A stretch of 64,000 bases of DNA from a virus, in IMG/VR virus record IMGVR_UViG_3300023174_000052, positions 32,001 to 96,000 of that record, one strand, 5' to 3'. Below the pieces are notes generated by a model. That model searched no databases and was not told the DNA's origin. It saw only the letters and a list, made by a program, of their open reading frames with translations. A program made the translations under genes and the position numbers. Below are positions 1-8,996 of the stretch, one piece after another. Each line of letters starts with the position of its first letter. The first letter of the stretch is position 1.

Positions 1-103
1 CCTTAATCATCTGCCCGCGAGGACTTGAAACCCACTCATGCTCATCTCGAAGTTGACGAGCCAGATCGATGTAAGCTTCAGTAAAGTTATCATACCTCTT
101 CAT
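1..103 (-). CDS. N-terminus of a thymidylate synthase / dCMP hydroxymethylase family protein (runs off the window)
   Basis: Not in the ORF track. ATG at 103 with GGAG 7 nt upstream reads MKRYDNFTEAYIDLARQLRDEHEWVSSPRGQMIK. The 'F.EAY..L...SPRG..IKE' start is typical of phage TS-like nucleotide-modifying enzymes. It overlaps the end of the upstream TS-fold gene. Confidence 0.65.
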   Translation of the reverse strand, partial: MKRYDNFTEAYIDLARQLRDEHEWVSSPRGQMIK

Positions 104-746
104 TTAGATTCTCCAACTCCTGTAACAATGAAACTGTATCAGACCAACCCGAAGTGTTTTGAGCCGATGAAGAATAAATTGAAATTTGATACTCTTTGTC
201 ACCGTATACAGGTTTCAAAAAGTATTCATTGATTGTTAAGATGTCTGGGACTAATTCATTAGTAACGTCTGACGCTCGAAATACTAAGCGAGGTCCTTCA
301 GGCGAATAATGAATAAAGCTAAGACAGGTTATGTCCTGAGATGCTAAAAGTTCGCTGGCTGCGTAAGTCGAGAAGTCATGTGCGAACCGAACAAGACACC
401 GTCGAGTGTTAGGTCGAAACCGTAGGTGTTCTTTCACACCGATGATTAGCGCGTCGTATACGGTATTGTTTTGCTTACCAGCAGCGACCGTATAAATCGT
501 AGAATCCAATTCCTTCAGTTCCATCAAAGACCTGAGGCTCGGTCGATCATCAACGAAAGAAGTAAAGTTCTCAGGTCTTGTATCTCGATTTTCAAAAGCC
601 TGTCGCTTAACATCGTAGTACGCAGCCAACGTCCTGTCGCTACGATATAGAGTCGTAACGACATGGTCAATATTAGAAAGATTCTTTGATGAAACTTTAA
701 TTAGATAATCATCATTTTCAAAATCTGGATTCTTTTGAACTAACAT
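90..746 (-). CDS. Divergent thymidylate-synthase-fold protein, predicted cytosine-specific (dCMP hydroxymethylase-like)
   Basis: Motifs RPNTRR, DITCLSFIH (catalytic Cys) and FRASDVTNELVPD. Asp occupies the position of TS Asn177 / T4 gp42 Asp179. The HxY motif is not conserved. Confidence 0.7.
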   Translation of the reverse strand: MLVQKNPDFENDDYLIKVSSKNLSNIDHVVTTLYRSDRTLAAYYDVKRQAFENRDTRPENFTSFVDDRPSLRSLMELKELDSTIYTVAAGKQNNTVYDALIIGVKEHLRFRPNTRRCLVRFAHDFSTYAASELLASQDITCLSFIHYSPEGPRLVFRASDVTNELVPDILTINEYFLKPVYGDKEYQISIYSSSAQNTSGWSDTVSLLQELENLNEEV

Positions 747-749
747 GTT

Positions 750-2513
750 TCACCCGTCGAAATCGCACAGGAATAATAGCGGTCGCTTATGTCCTAACTC
801 GATTGATTTATCGAATTCAAACTTGAAGCTATCGAATACGCTATCGAAAGAGTAAACGATAGGACGACCATGCGCATTGAAACTCGTGTTAATGAGAACA
901 CGGTGCTTCGAATCGATCGAATTCAAAAGATTAAACATGAATGTATCACTATAATTGACAAGTTGTGGTCGACCCGACCAGACTTCTCGATCTGGGTATT
1001 TATGAGCAACGCCACCATAAGCCTCGAGGTTCGGCTTCGAGTAATCGTAAGTTAGAATCATGAACCTGTCTGAGCCTACAGTTTTAGCAAAACTTGGTGC
1101 GCTAAAATAATCTGCGACTTCGTGTGCCAACATGACAGGAGCCATGGGCATCACTGTATCGCGATCATTCAGGTCGTTGATGATTTCAACATTAGATTTC
1201 GTAGGATTCGCGAGCGTCGTAGTGCTACAGAGCGCTCGAGGCCCAAACTCCATCCTGGACTTAACGACGTTAACCAACTCGTCTTTTCGCAAAGCATTCG
1301 TCGTTTCAACGAGAGCTTCTACCCTCTGATCTTGACTAAAGTATTTAATGTACGGACCGTACTTTTCATAGTCTTCGTTGCTCAAAGTAAGTTGCCAGTC
1401 CCTAAAGCTTGGACGTTGACCCCACTTTAGATCTCCCCACTTAAAACCACCGACGTGTGCTTCGTACATTCCTACTCCACACCCCTGATCGCCCGCCAGT
1501 GGGACGACAGTAAAGAGACCAGGAACTTCGGAGAAGATTCGATTATTCAACTTAACGTTATAGAAAATACCGCCAGACAACGCGACATTAGACACATCGT
1601 AATGAGAAAGCATCTTCAACATTACACCTTCAATCAATTCCTGAATGTAGTGTCCGATGATGATTCGAACGTGTCGATTTGGAATGTCGGTAGAGGCAAC
1701 GTGTGTAATTACATCAGTAAAAACATTGCGCCAGTTAGTGCGGGTAGTACCCAGTAGATCGATATTAACTAATCGAGAATTCGAACGCCAATAACTTGGT
1801 CGAGAATCAGGACGTGCGTTCATCTCATCGAACATCTTGTCAGCCTGTTCAGCTGCGAGTCGACGAAGTTCAACAACATCTTTTTCACCGAGGACATCGT
1901 TGATGTAAGTTTCGTAACCAAGGAACTTATATTCGTCCTGATTTTCTTTCATTCCACAGAAAGATGTAGCGTATTGATACATGAGACCGAGAGAGTACCC
2001 GTAACCATAATAACGATTAAGCAGAACAGGTCGCGAGTCTTTGTCAGCCAATGAATATACGCTGAAGACTTCTTGATTCGTACCATAACCATCGGCTGCG
2101 ATGACGTGAATGGGACGATTATGCTTCTTCAAGATTTCGCCATGCTCACCCTGAAATTGGTCACGCAAGAAAGAAACGACAGACCAAGCGTGTGCATCGT
2201 GGTGTGTAAACTTCTCGCTTAGAAAGACGGGTTCGAGAGAATACTTCTGGACAAGAGCGTCGAAGTGTTCCTTATCGAAATACTTGTTCGATTCTTTATG
2301 AAAGTCGAGCTTATCGAACCAATGCGAGACGAATACCTTGCTTCCTTTTTCGATGTTCGCTCGTTTTTCGATTTCAGCAATCGACAACACAGGATAAGCG
2401 CTAGTCGACTTGACTCGATTCAATCGTTCTTCTTCATAGCCGAGCGCTTTTTCTCCGTCGAAGTACACAGCCGATGCGTGGTGACCAAGAGTTAACATAA
2501 GAGCAGAATTCAA
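750..2513 (-). CDS. Carbamoyltransferase (NodU/CmcH/TobZ family)
   Basis: EEERLNRVK, HHDAHA, DGYG, SLGLMY, EYKFLGY, LSGGIFYNVKLN, GDQG, EFGPRAL, PMAP, RPQ and LINTSFNAHGRPIV. Confidence 0.93.
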   Translation of the reverse strand: MNSALMLTLGHHASAVYFDGEKALGYEEERLNRVKSTSAYPVLSIAEIEKRANIEKGSKVFVSHWFDKLDFHKESNKYFDKEHFDALVQKYSLEPVFLSEKFTHHDAHAWSVVSFLRDQFQGEHGEILKKHNRPIHVIAADGYGTNQEVFSVYSLADKDSRPVLLNRYYGYGYSLGLMYQYATSFCGMKENQDEYKFLGYETYINDVLGEKDVVELRRLAAEQADKMFDEMNARPDSRPSYWRSNSRLVNIDLLGTTRTNWRNVFTDVITHVASTDIPNRHVRIIIGHYIQELIEGVMLKMLSHYDVSNVALSGGIFYNVKLNNRIFSEVPGLFTVVPLAGDQGCGVGMYEAHVGGFKWGDLKWGQRPSFRDWQLTLSNEDYEKYGPYIKYFSQDQRVEALVETTNALRKDELVNVVKSRMEFGPRALCSTTTLANPTKSNVEIINDLNDRDTVMPMAPVMLAHEVADYFSAPSFAKTVGSDRFMILTYDYSKPNLEAYGGVAHKYPDREVWSGRPQLVNYSDTFMFNLLNSIDSKHRVLINTSFNAHGRPIVYSFDSVFDSFKFEFDKSIELGHKRPLLFLCDFDG

Positions 2514-2545
2514 TTTTCCTCCGTTGTCTAATTGTTTTGATGTTC

Positions 2546-3817
2546 TTAGGAATTTTCAACGATTTCTTGCAATTCACAAGGCATTACAGCGTCTGTATCG
2601 ACTGGTATACCATACGGTTTGCCCATGATCAACTTGTCGTACTTAACACCCCAGTCTGCGAGTTGATTGACCGTCAATTGGTACAGATTATTATAAACCA
2701 TTCCTACATCATTGTTGAATCGTTTCATTCCTCGAGCTGTGTGTAATACGATTTCATCGCCTCGATTAAACAAAGCGTTCAGGACTCGAATGGAACTGGG
2801 AATAGCTTTAGCTTCTGCGTAATTACCACCTGTCTCAGTACAAATAGTCCCGTCGATATCCCATACCCAAGTCTTTCGACCGACCTGAAGAGTATTCATG
2901 TGTCGGGCAGTAGAATGTTCGGAACCGGGTCGACCTAAAACGATGTGACTAGAATCGAAACCAGAGAAAACGTATTTGATGTAATCCTTTCTAGAGTTCT
3001 TCGTAATGCAAAAACTTCCGCTGATTCGACAATTGATTTCAAGGAGTCGAGGAGAGCCTGCATCGTTGTACTTGAACTGCGCGAACCAGAAATAAGGAAG
3101 CTTTAATCTTCCTGCAATAATCTTTACGTATTCTCCGAGTTCTGCCCATCGTTCTGGCGAAGACTTTCCATAAGCTGTAATACCGTCCCTTACTCGTGTT
3201 CGCTCTCGTACGTTCCAATCGACCAGTTCTCCCTCATCGTTAGAAACGCAATCGACTGTATATTCATCTCCTGGCAGATACTCGGTTACGACATCGTCAT
3301 CAGTAACAGAACACCAGAAGTTCAAAGAATTCGTTCCTTTACGACCACCCTCACCTGAAGAACCATGCTTAGGCTTCGCGAATAAAGGAAGTTCCCAAGC
3401 AATATCTTCGATATCATCTTTAGTGTATACCTTGGGAGACACCTCGGGAATCAATTTGTATAGTTCATCCTTGAACAAACACGGCTTGAGACCTGTTTCG
3501 TCTGCCATCATGTATCGATCGACGTTTCGTAAGCTACTGTAATTGTCATAGAGGAACTTAAGCATCTTACAATTCGTAACGCACACGTTATCGATGGCGT
3601 TAGAATCGATAAAGTCATTCACCCAATTCAAAAACGCCTGCGAATCCTTGAATGGATTCGGGCATTCAAAAACATAGTTCTTGTTTAGATAAGCTCGACC
3701 TGGATTGAGGGTGTCGTAGTGGCAACCGTAGATTACCCAAGAATTTAGTTCTGCGACGCTCTTAACGATTTCGATAGAGCTTTCATTTCCAAATGTAAGT
3801 AACAGTAACTTCTTCAT
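2546..3817 (-). CDS. ATP-grasp protein (CarB-like) fused to a C-terminal HAD phosphatase (EcbF-like, class IIIC)
   Basis: ATP-grasp motifs LPLFAKPKHGSSGEG, EYLPGDEYTVD, QFK and LLEINCRISG. HAD motifs WDIDGT, HTARG and YDKLIMGKP. Confidence 0.85.
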   Translation of the reverse strand: MKKLLLLTFGNESSIEIVKSVAELNSWVIYGCHYDTLNPGRAYLNKNYVFECPNPFKDSQAFLNWVNDFIDSNAIDNVCVTNCKMLKFLYDNYSSLRNVDRYMMADETGLKPCLFKDELYKLIPEVSPKVYTKDDIEDIAWELPLFAKPKHGSSGEGGRKGTNSLNFWCSVTDDDVVTEYLPGDEYTVDCVSNDEGELVDWNVRERTRVRDGITAYGKSSPERWAELGEYVKIIAGRLKLPYFWFAQFKYNDAGSPRLLEINCRISGSFCITKNSRKDYIKYVFSGFDSSHIVLGRPGSEHSTARHMNTLQVGRKTWVWDIDGTICTETGGNYAEAKAIPSSIRVLNALFNRGDEIVLHTARGMKRFNNDVGMVYNNLYQLTVNQLADWGVKYDKLIMGKPYGIPVDTDAVMPCELQEIVENS

Positions 3818-4311
3818 CGACGGCTCCTGAATTGATTGACCACGAATTCTAATCCTTCGTCATCTGGTTTTATTACGAACTTATCGATTTTAAGAGTAGG
3901 ATACACTTCTCGATAGAGTTCTTTAACCTTCTCGTTCTGTTCCTTTGTCACCGTCTCTTCTCGTTCAATCCACGGGCGATTTAATTCCAGGATGATAGCG
4001 AAATAACCAAGTTCATTGAATCGATTTTCAATCTTCGTTTGAATTTCTTCTGTGATGTTATTCCTATTGAACAACCGACCGTAAACTAATTCTGAAATGT
4101 AAGACCGGTCGTATAGAAAAGGACCGGGTCGTCGGTCAATGTCATAGAAGTATCCGGAGAAGTAATCGAACCTTCCATTGACGAACCCGTAACCCTTATG
4201 CATGTGGATTACTTCGACGCCCAGCATTTTGTTTAATCGTTCACAAAACGTCGACTTACCCTGTTGTTCTGCGCCTTCTATGATGATACCACCAGTCTTT
4301 AACATTTCCAT
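3814..4311 (-). CDS. dNMP/thymidylate kinase-like P-loop protein
   Basis: IIIEGAEQQGKST P-loop and YDRSYISELVYG motif. Confidence 0.8.
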   Translation of the reverse strand: MEMLKTGGIIIEGAEQQGKSTFCERLNKMLGVEVIHMHKGYGFVNGRFDYFSGYFYDIDRRPGPFLYDRSYISELVYGRLFNRNNITEEIQTKIENRFNELGYFAIILELNRPWIEREETVTKEQNEKVKELYREVYPTLKIDKFVIKPDDEGLEFVVNQFRSRR

Positions 4312-4322
4312 CTCCTGCTGTC

Positions 4323-4356
4323 TTTATACCACGTTGTTTCTATTTTGAACACAGAC
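4323..4356 (-). promoter_or_regulatory. Putative early/middle promoter of the modification operon
   Basis: GTCTG-TGTTCA-N17-TATAAA. It shares GTCTGTGTT and the 17-nt spacing with the element upstream of dnaE. Confidence 0.45.
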
Positions 4357-4366
4357 TTTTTGTTTT

Positions 4367-7300
4367 TTACGCGAGGATTTTTAACGCTCGCCACCTCGTC
4401 GAACAACCGAAGTCAGACGGTTCAAGTTCGGCGACGCAGAAAGAATATCGAGCCAATTCAGTGCCAGGCCAGTTCCAGCAATACATCTTCTTCGTCGTGC
4501 CAGATTCGCCCATAGCGTTAATGAGCAAGTATTCTTTTCCACCCTTCGTTTTCTTGGGTGTCGCATTCTCTACGATGAACCAATACAGATCAGCTCCGGA
4601 TTCTGCCAACGCATCGATTGAGCCTACGCCCTTCTCTGCGAGTTTGCGAGTAGTATCCTGGGATACAATGATCGACGGGTCGAAAGAACCGAGAAGCTCG
4701 AGACTATTCTGGACCAATTGCTGCGATGACCATTCAGGAGTCCCGACTGATTCCAGAGCCATTTCCTTGAGTCGACGAGGACCACGGTTGGGATCGGTCT
4801 TCAACTTTTTCTTTAGATCGTCCCAATTATTGACGACGACATCTAACATCGCCTGATAACTCGGGAACAACCTGCCGGGACCGACACAATCCATAGATTC
4901 AAATGCTCGAATCTTGACAAGACTTTCCATTGCCCGTTTATTGAATTTAGACCAACGCCATTCTCCGTTGTCGTCCCACAGGAACGATTCGATATTATTG
5001 AACGGACGCTTTGAGATGAGTTCATTAACTGCGATTTCACCGACACCCTTACAGGATAGGAAAGACGGCATAAACTTCTTTCCAGGCAAAATCGTCCAGG
5101 ACGACGTAGCCTGATTCACATCGATGGGAACAATAGAGTATCCAAGTCCCTTGATTTCATTAGCAGCCTTCGCTCGGTCCTTCGGGTCACCAGACATCGA
5201 CTCGAGGTAAGCGCAGAGCCATTCCTCTTCGAAGTAAGTAAGTAGCCAAGCACACTGATAAGAAACCATGGAGTAAGCTACTGCATGTGATGCGTTGAAC
5301 CCGTAACCACTGAAGAATAGAATCTTTTCGAAGAGTTCATCTGCGACTCGAGCTGGTACTCCGTTGTTAACAGAACCATCTACGAATTGCTTCTTGAGCG
5401 CGATAGCTTCGGCCTTTTGAGCCTCTGCCTTTGCTGCCGTTCGCTTTAGTAGAGCTCGACGAATCTGGTCACACTCTCGCTGCGGGAATCCTGCGACTAC
5501 GTTACAAAGCTGCATGATCTGTTCCTGGAAAACGATCGCACCGAAAGTAGGTTCCAGGACTTGTTTGATGAGCGGATGATGATAGTTTACGGCCTCTGGA
5601 TTAGACTTCGCTTCGTTATAGATTTTATCTACACCTGCCGCCAAAGGTCCAGGTCGATAGATAGAAGTAAGAGCTGCAAGGTCGACGACGCTCTTCGGCT
5701 TACACTTCGTGAATAGTCGTTGAGCACCAGCGTTAACGACCTGGAAGATACCACAATACCTGCCTTCGTGATAAACGTATTCATACACGTGTTGATCTTC
5801 GGTATCGATGACGTCTGGCGCCATGTGATTAGTATACCATTCGCTGACCTGTTCGAACGATGGATTCTCGATACCCTCACGACGTTTGAGGATTAGTTCA
5901 ATTGAACGCTGGATGATTCGAAGAGTCTCGAGACCGAGAAGGTCAAACTTAATCCATCCGAATTCTTCCAAGTGTTTGAAGTTCATGCCTTCGACCCATG
6001 GAGTCTGTTGTTCTCCTCGAGCCATGATAAGTGGCATGCGTGCATCTACATTCTCTGATACGATGACACCACCAGCATGTCGACCAAGAGACTTGTTCTG
6101 TTTGAAGAGAACGTCAATTGGTTCAACAAGTTCAGGATGCCGTTCCATGAATTCCCTGAATGGTTGGCAGTGTTCGAGCGCATCTTCATAACGGAGAACG
6201 AACATGTTTTTATCGTCGCCCTGTTTATGAATCGCTCGCATTACATCTTTCTCTACAGACTTTAGACCTTCGTTAACTTCGTCAAGTGGAATCCCATAGA
6301 ATCGTCCGACGTCTCGAATAAGAGTCTTCAATTTGAATGTGTTATAGTTCGAGATGGGAACGATGTTATCGTCTCCGAATGTTTCCCGTAGCATACCAAG
6401 AAGCATTTCGCGGTCGCCGATATCGACGTCGATGTCAGGATATCCTTCTCGGAACTCAGACAAGAATCGAGCGAAAAGCAGGTTATATTTGATCGGGTCG
6501 ATATCGGTAATATTCAGGACGTAATTAACAAGAGAACCACCACCAGATCCTCGACCCGGGCCGATGAACATGCGAGTACGAGCGACGTCGAGAATAGCCT
6601 TCATCGTCAAGAAGTATTCGCAGAAGTTCTTGTTCTTGATGACTTGGAGTTCTTCCTTGAGTCGTTCGACATATTCTGGCTTATCTGCGAGTCCACGAGC
6701 AATCAAACCTTTCTTGCACTCATCGACCAGCGCCTTGACTGCTGTCTTCCCCTCGGGAATGACATAACTCGGAAGCTTCATCGTCCGGTCAGGTTTGATT
6801 TCTCCAATGAGATTGTGAGCGATGTCGTGTGGTCGTTCGATTGCGTCTCGAACCACTTCGATGTTTTCAAGGTAGAAAGGATGAATTTGAGCAGACTTTT
6901 CTACTTCTTCCCAAACTTGGTCGGCGTTCTTCGGGTATAGTTCACACTTCAGCTCGTCGACAGACTTAGGAAGAGAGTCAGGATTGATTTCTTCGTAGTT
7001 CAACCACCCCAGCTTCTTATAGAGTTCGCGTTGTTTCCATTGAGCAGGCCGAGGATAGTGCGAATCGCAAGTAACAACCATCTTATCGGTCAGGCCAGAT
7101 TTCTTGGCGAACTCGATGAGAGCACGATTCGTTAGGTGCTGTGCGCCGAGTTTATTAAACTGTAGTTCCAAGTAAGCGTTTCCACGACCGACAGCCCATT
7201 CAAGCTTGTCCCATACGTTTCCAATACGAGCCATGACTCGGGAGAGAACACCCGGGTCGTCGAGTAGTTGTGGACCCAACTCATCGAATGCGAGTTGCTG

Positions 7301-8002
7301 GACTTCCTGGAAGATTTCGAAACTCAACATGCCACCGATACAGGCAGTGCTCACAACGAAGTGCTTTTGCTCGCTGTGTTCATGCAACATGTTGAAGTCG
7401 ATTCGAGGGAAACCATAGAATCCCTCTTTATAGCTTCGAGAAACCATGTGAAACAGTCGAGGAAGAGCCTCTGAATTTTTGGGAAGGACGACGAGGTGAT
7501 GCCGTCGTTTGAGAGGATTGAAATACTTCGTCGACTTCGTCTCGTCCTCGTTTTCGATAGTGAACGATGCGTCCTCAGCGTCTACAACGCCCAACCCGAC
7601 AGTCTCGTCGTCTTTATCGGTCTGCGCAACGATGAGTCGCTTGTTCTTTTCCTTCGCCTCTTTAGCAAGTTTCTTCTCTAACTTGCGAGCCTCGGCCTTA
7701 TCTTTGTGTTCGGCGTACTCTTCCTGCCAAGAGTTAAGATCAGGGTGGAGGTATACCTCACAACCAGGAATGAATCGAAAGTTCTTACCAGATTTCTTAA
7801 GCTTTTCAGCATAAACCTGTGCATGCCCGAAAGCATTCATGTGTCCGTGATCGGTGAGAGCCCAACCATCGACACCATTCTCAATACAAAAGTCCATGTG
7901 TTCATTCGGATACCCGAGTCCATCAAATGTACTAAATCCCGAGTGATTATGTAGGGACAAGAACCGTTTTGGTGAAGTGATGCCTTTTAGAATTTCGGAC
8001 AA
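4367..8002 (-). CDS. dnaE: DNA polymerase III alpha subunit with PHP domain
   Basis: PHP motifs LHNHS, TDHG, GCE and CDSHY. Polymerase motifs GPGRGSGGGSL, PDIDVD, HAGGV, KFDLLGL and YGFNASHA. Confidence 0.97.
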   Translation of the reverse strand: MSEILKGITSPKRFLSLHNHSGFSTFDGLGYPNEHMDFCIENGVDGWALTDHGHMNAFGHAQVYAEKLKKSGKNFRFIPGCEVYLHPDLNSWQEEYAEHKDKAEARKLEKKLAKEAKEKNKRLIVAQTDKDDETVGLGVVDAEDASFTIENEDETKSTKYFNPLKRRHHLVVLPKNSEALPRLFHMVSRSYKEGFYGFPRIDFNMLHEHSEQKHFVVSTACIGGMLSFEIFQEVQQLAFDELGPQLLDDPGVLSRVMARIGNVWDKLEWAVGRGNAYLELQFNKLGAQHLTNRALIEFAKKSGLTDKMVVTCDSHYPRPAQWKQRELYKKLGWLNYEEINPDSLPKSVDELKCELYPKNADQVWEEVEKSAQIHPFYLENIEVVRDAIERPHDIAHNLIGEIKPDRTMKLPSYVIPEGKTAVKALVDECKKGLIARGLADKPEYVERLKEELQVIKNKNFCEYFLTMKAILDVARTRMFIGPGRGSGGGSLVNYVLNITDIDPIKYNLLFARFLSEFREGYPDIDVDIGDREMLLGMLRETFGDDNIVPISNYNTFKLKTLIRDVGRFYGIPLDEVNEGLKSVEKDVMRAIHKQGDDKNMFVLRYEDALEHCQPFREFMERHPELVEPIDVLFKQNKSLGRHAGGVIVSENVDARMPLIMARGEQQTPWVEGMNFKHLEEFGWIKFDLLGLETLRIIQRSIELILKRREGIENPSFEQVSEWYTNHMAPDVIDTEDQHVYEYVYHEGRYCGIFQVVNAGAQRLFTKCKPKSVVDLAALTSIYRPGPLAAGVDKIYNEAKSNPEAVNYHHPLIKQVLEPTFGAIVFQEQIMQLCNVVAGFPQRECDQIRRALLKRTAAKAEAQKAEAIALKKQFVDGSVNNGVPARVADELFEKILFFSGYGFNASHAVAYSMVSYQCAWLLTYFEEEWLCAYLESMSGDPKDRAKAANEIKGLGYSIVPIDVNQATSSWTILPGKKFMPSFLSCKGVGEIAVNELISKRPFNNIESFLWDDNGEWRWSKFNKRAMESLVKIRAFESMDCVGPGRLFPSYQAMLDVVVNNWDDLKKKLKTDPNRGPRRLKEMALESVGTPEWSSQQLVQNSLELLGSFDPSIIVSQDTTRKLAEKGVGSIDALAESGADLYWFIVENATPKKTKGGKEYLLINAMGESGTTKKMYCWNWPGTELARYSFCVAELEPSDFGCSTRWRALKILA

Positions 8003-8026
8003 AAGTGTCTCCCTTGCTCTAAGAAC

Positions 8027-8060
8027 AATGTAACATGGTATCTCGTTTTATAACACAGAC
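8027..8060 (-). promoter_or_regulatory. Putative early/middle promoter of dnaE
   Basis: GTCTG-TGTTAT-N17-TACATT, similar to 4323-4356. Confidence 0.45.
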
Positions 8061-8070
8061 AAAGTGAAAT

Positions 8071-8277
8071 TTATTTCCACTTTTCCACTTCTTCGATTGG
8101 CACGCCCCGAACTATTCGATTGTCGATAAACAAATCGACGACAATCTTTATTTCGTTCCACGGGGGTTTCTCGAAGTATCCTTCTCTCGGGCCTCTAACT
8201 ATAACGCAAGGCTCATTACACGCCCCAATTTCTTCGAGGCGTGTCCACTTAACCAAATCTCCTGGCTTTAGGCTCAC
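8071..8277 (-). CDS. Small hypothetical protein (SH3/KOW-like 'KPGDLV' start)
   Basis: Compact ORF overlapping its neighbour by 4 nt. Confidence 0.6.
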   Translation of the reverse strand: MSLKPGDLVKWTRLEEIGACNEPCVIVRGPREGYFEKPPWNEIKIVVDLFIDNRIVRGVPIEEVEKWK

Positions 8278-8480
8278 CGAGCCTTACGAAGCGACCAATA
8301 AAAAGCTTCGAGGTATACTGTATCGCCCTTGTCGTCTACCTGTACAGCGTGATGTAACTTTGATCTGTCTGCTACCCCGACGCTAAGAGCTGGATGGCCC
8401 GTACCCAGATAAATTCCAGAGTACTTTACATTACCGGAGTCATCGATCGCGTCTACTTTGTCACCTGGTTTAACATTCAT
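8274..8480 (-). CDS. Small hypothetical protein (MNVKPGDKV...)
   Basis: Start moved to ATG 8480 (AGGA upstream), which removes the overlap. N-terminus resembles that of 8071-8277. Confidence 0.6.
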   Translation of the reverse strand: MNVKPGDKVDAIDDSGNVKYSGIYLGTGHPALSVGVADRSKLHHAVQVDDKGDTVYLEAFYWSLRKAR

Positions 8481-8482
8481 TT

Positions 8483-8692
8483 TTATTCCTGTAGTAATAA
8501 TTCTATAGCAACGCGAACCGTGGGTATATCTGATTCTTCGCATTCACCATAAGATTTATTCAAGACTTCTCTGACTCTATCCCAAACCCTATATTTCGAT
8601 TCGTCGTAAGTATACCCGCGTCTTAGTAGTTCATCAACAGCGGTTTTAACGTGCTCTTTGATAACCAGAACATTTGGATTCACGGATTCCAT
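8483..8692 (-). CDS. Small hypothetical protein
   Basis: GAGG RBS; tightly packed in the operon. Confidence 0.55.
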   Translation of the reverse strand: MESVNPNVLVIKEHVKTAVDELLRRGYTYDESKYRVWDRVREVLNKSYGECEESDIPTVRVAIELLLQE

Positions 8693-8752
8693 ATAGTTGT
8701 ATCCTCGTCTTTTAGATGAGTGCTAATGATTCACTATGCACACTTGAGAGTA

Positions 8753-8986
8753 TCAGCTTGGGTTGTCCCTATACCATTTAATGATATCGAGTATACCCTC
8801 CACTTGGTCGTCGTCGCAGTCTTTGTATGACATGCCTCCCAAGTGATAGCGAAGTCGTTCCCATAAGTGTGCGTGTGAATTTCTAATGGGACGACCTGGT
8901 AAGGATGGTAATTTATCGCTTAAATAATCGCCGGCTTCTTTTATCGATTCCCTGACACGAGTTATCGATTCATCAGATAACGCCAA
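8753..8986 (-). CDS. Hypothetical protein
   Basis: GGAG RBS before a TTG start; plausible helical protein. Confidence 0.6.
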   Translation of the reverse strand: MALSDESITRVRESIKEAGDYLSDKLPSLPGRPIRNSHAHLWERLRYHLGGMSYKDCDDDQVEGILDIIKWYRDNPS

Positions 8987-8996
8987 TTAAATTCTC

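Noticed and set aside
10-40. tRNA-like T-arm/acceptor sequence on the minus strand (GGGTTTCAAGTCCTCGCGGGCA)
   Set aside because: The T-loop has an extra base, no D or anticodon arms are present, and it lies within the TS-like reading frame (VSSPRGQ).
64-93. ORF starting at the ATGA overlap at 93
   Set aside because: It gives a 28-aa non-conserved peptide. The frame starting at 103 has an RBS and family motifs.
4367-8002. Intein in dnaE (or in the helicase and recA)
   Set aside because: No C/S-start block A or HN-C/S/T end was found. The PHP insert is a charged low-complexity segment.
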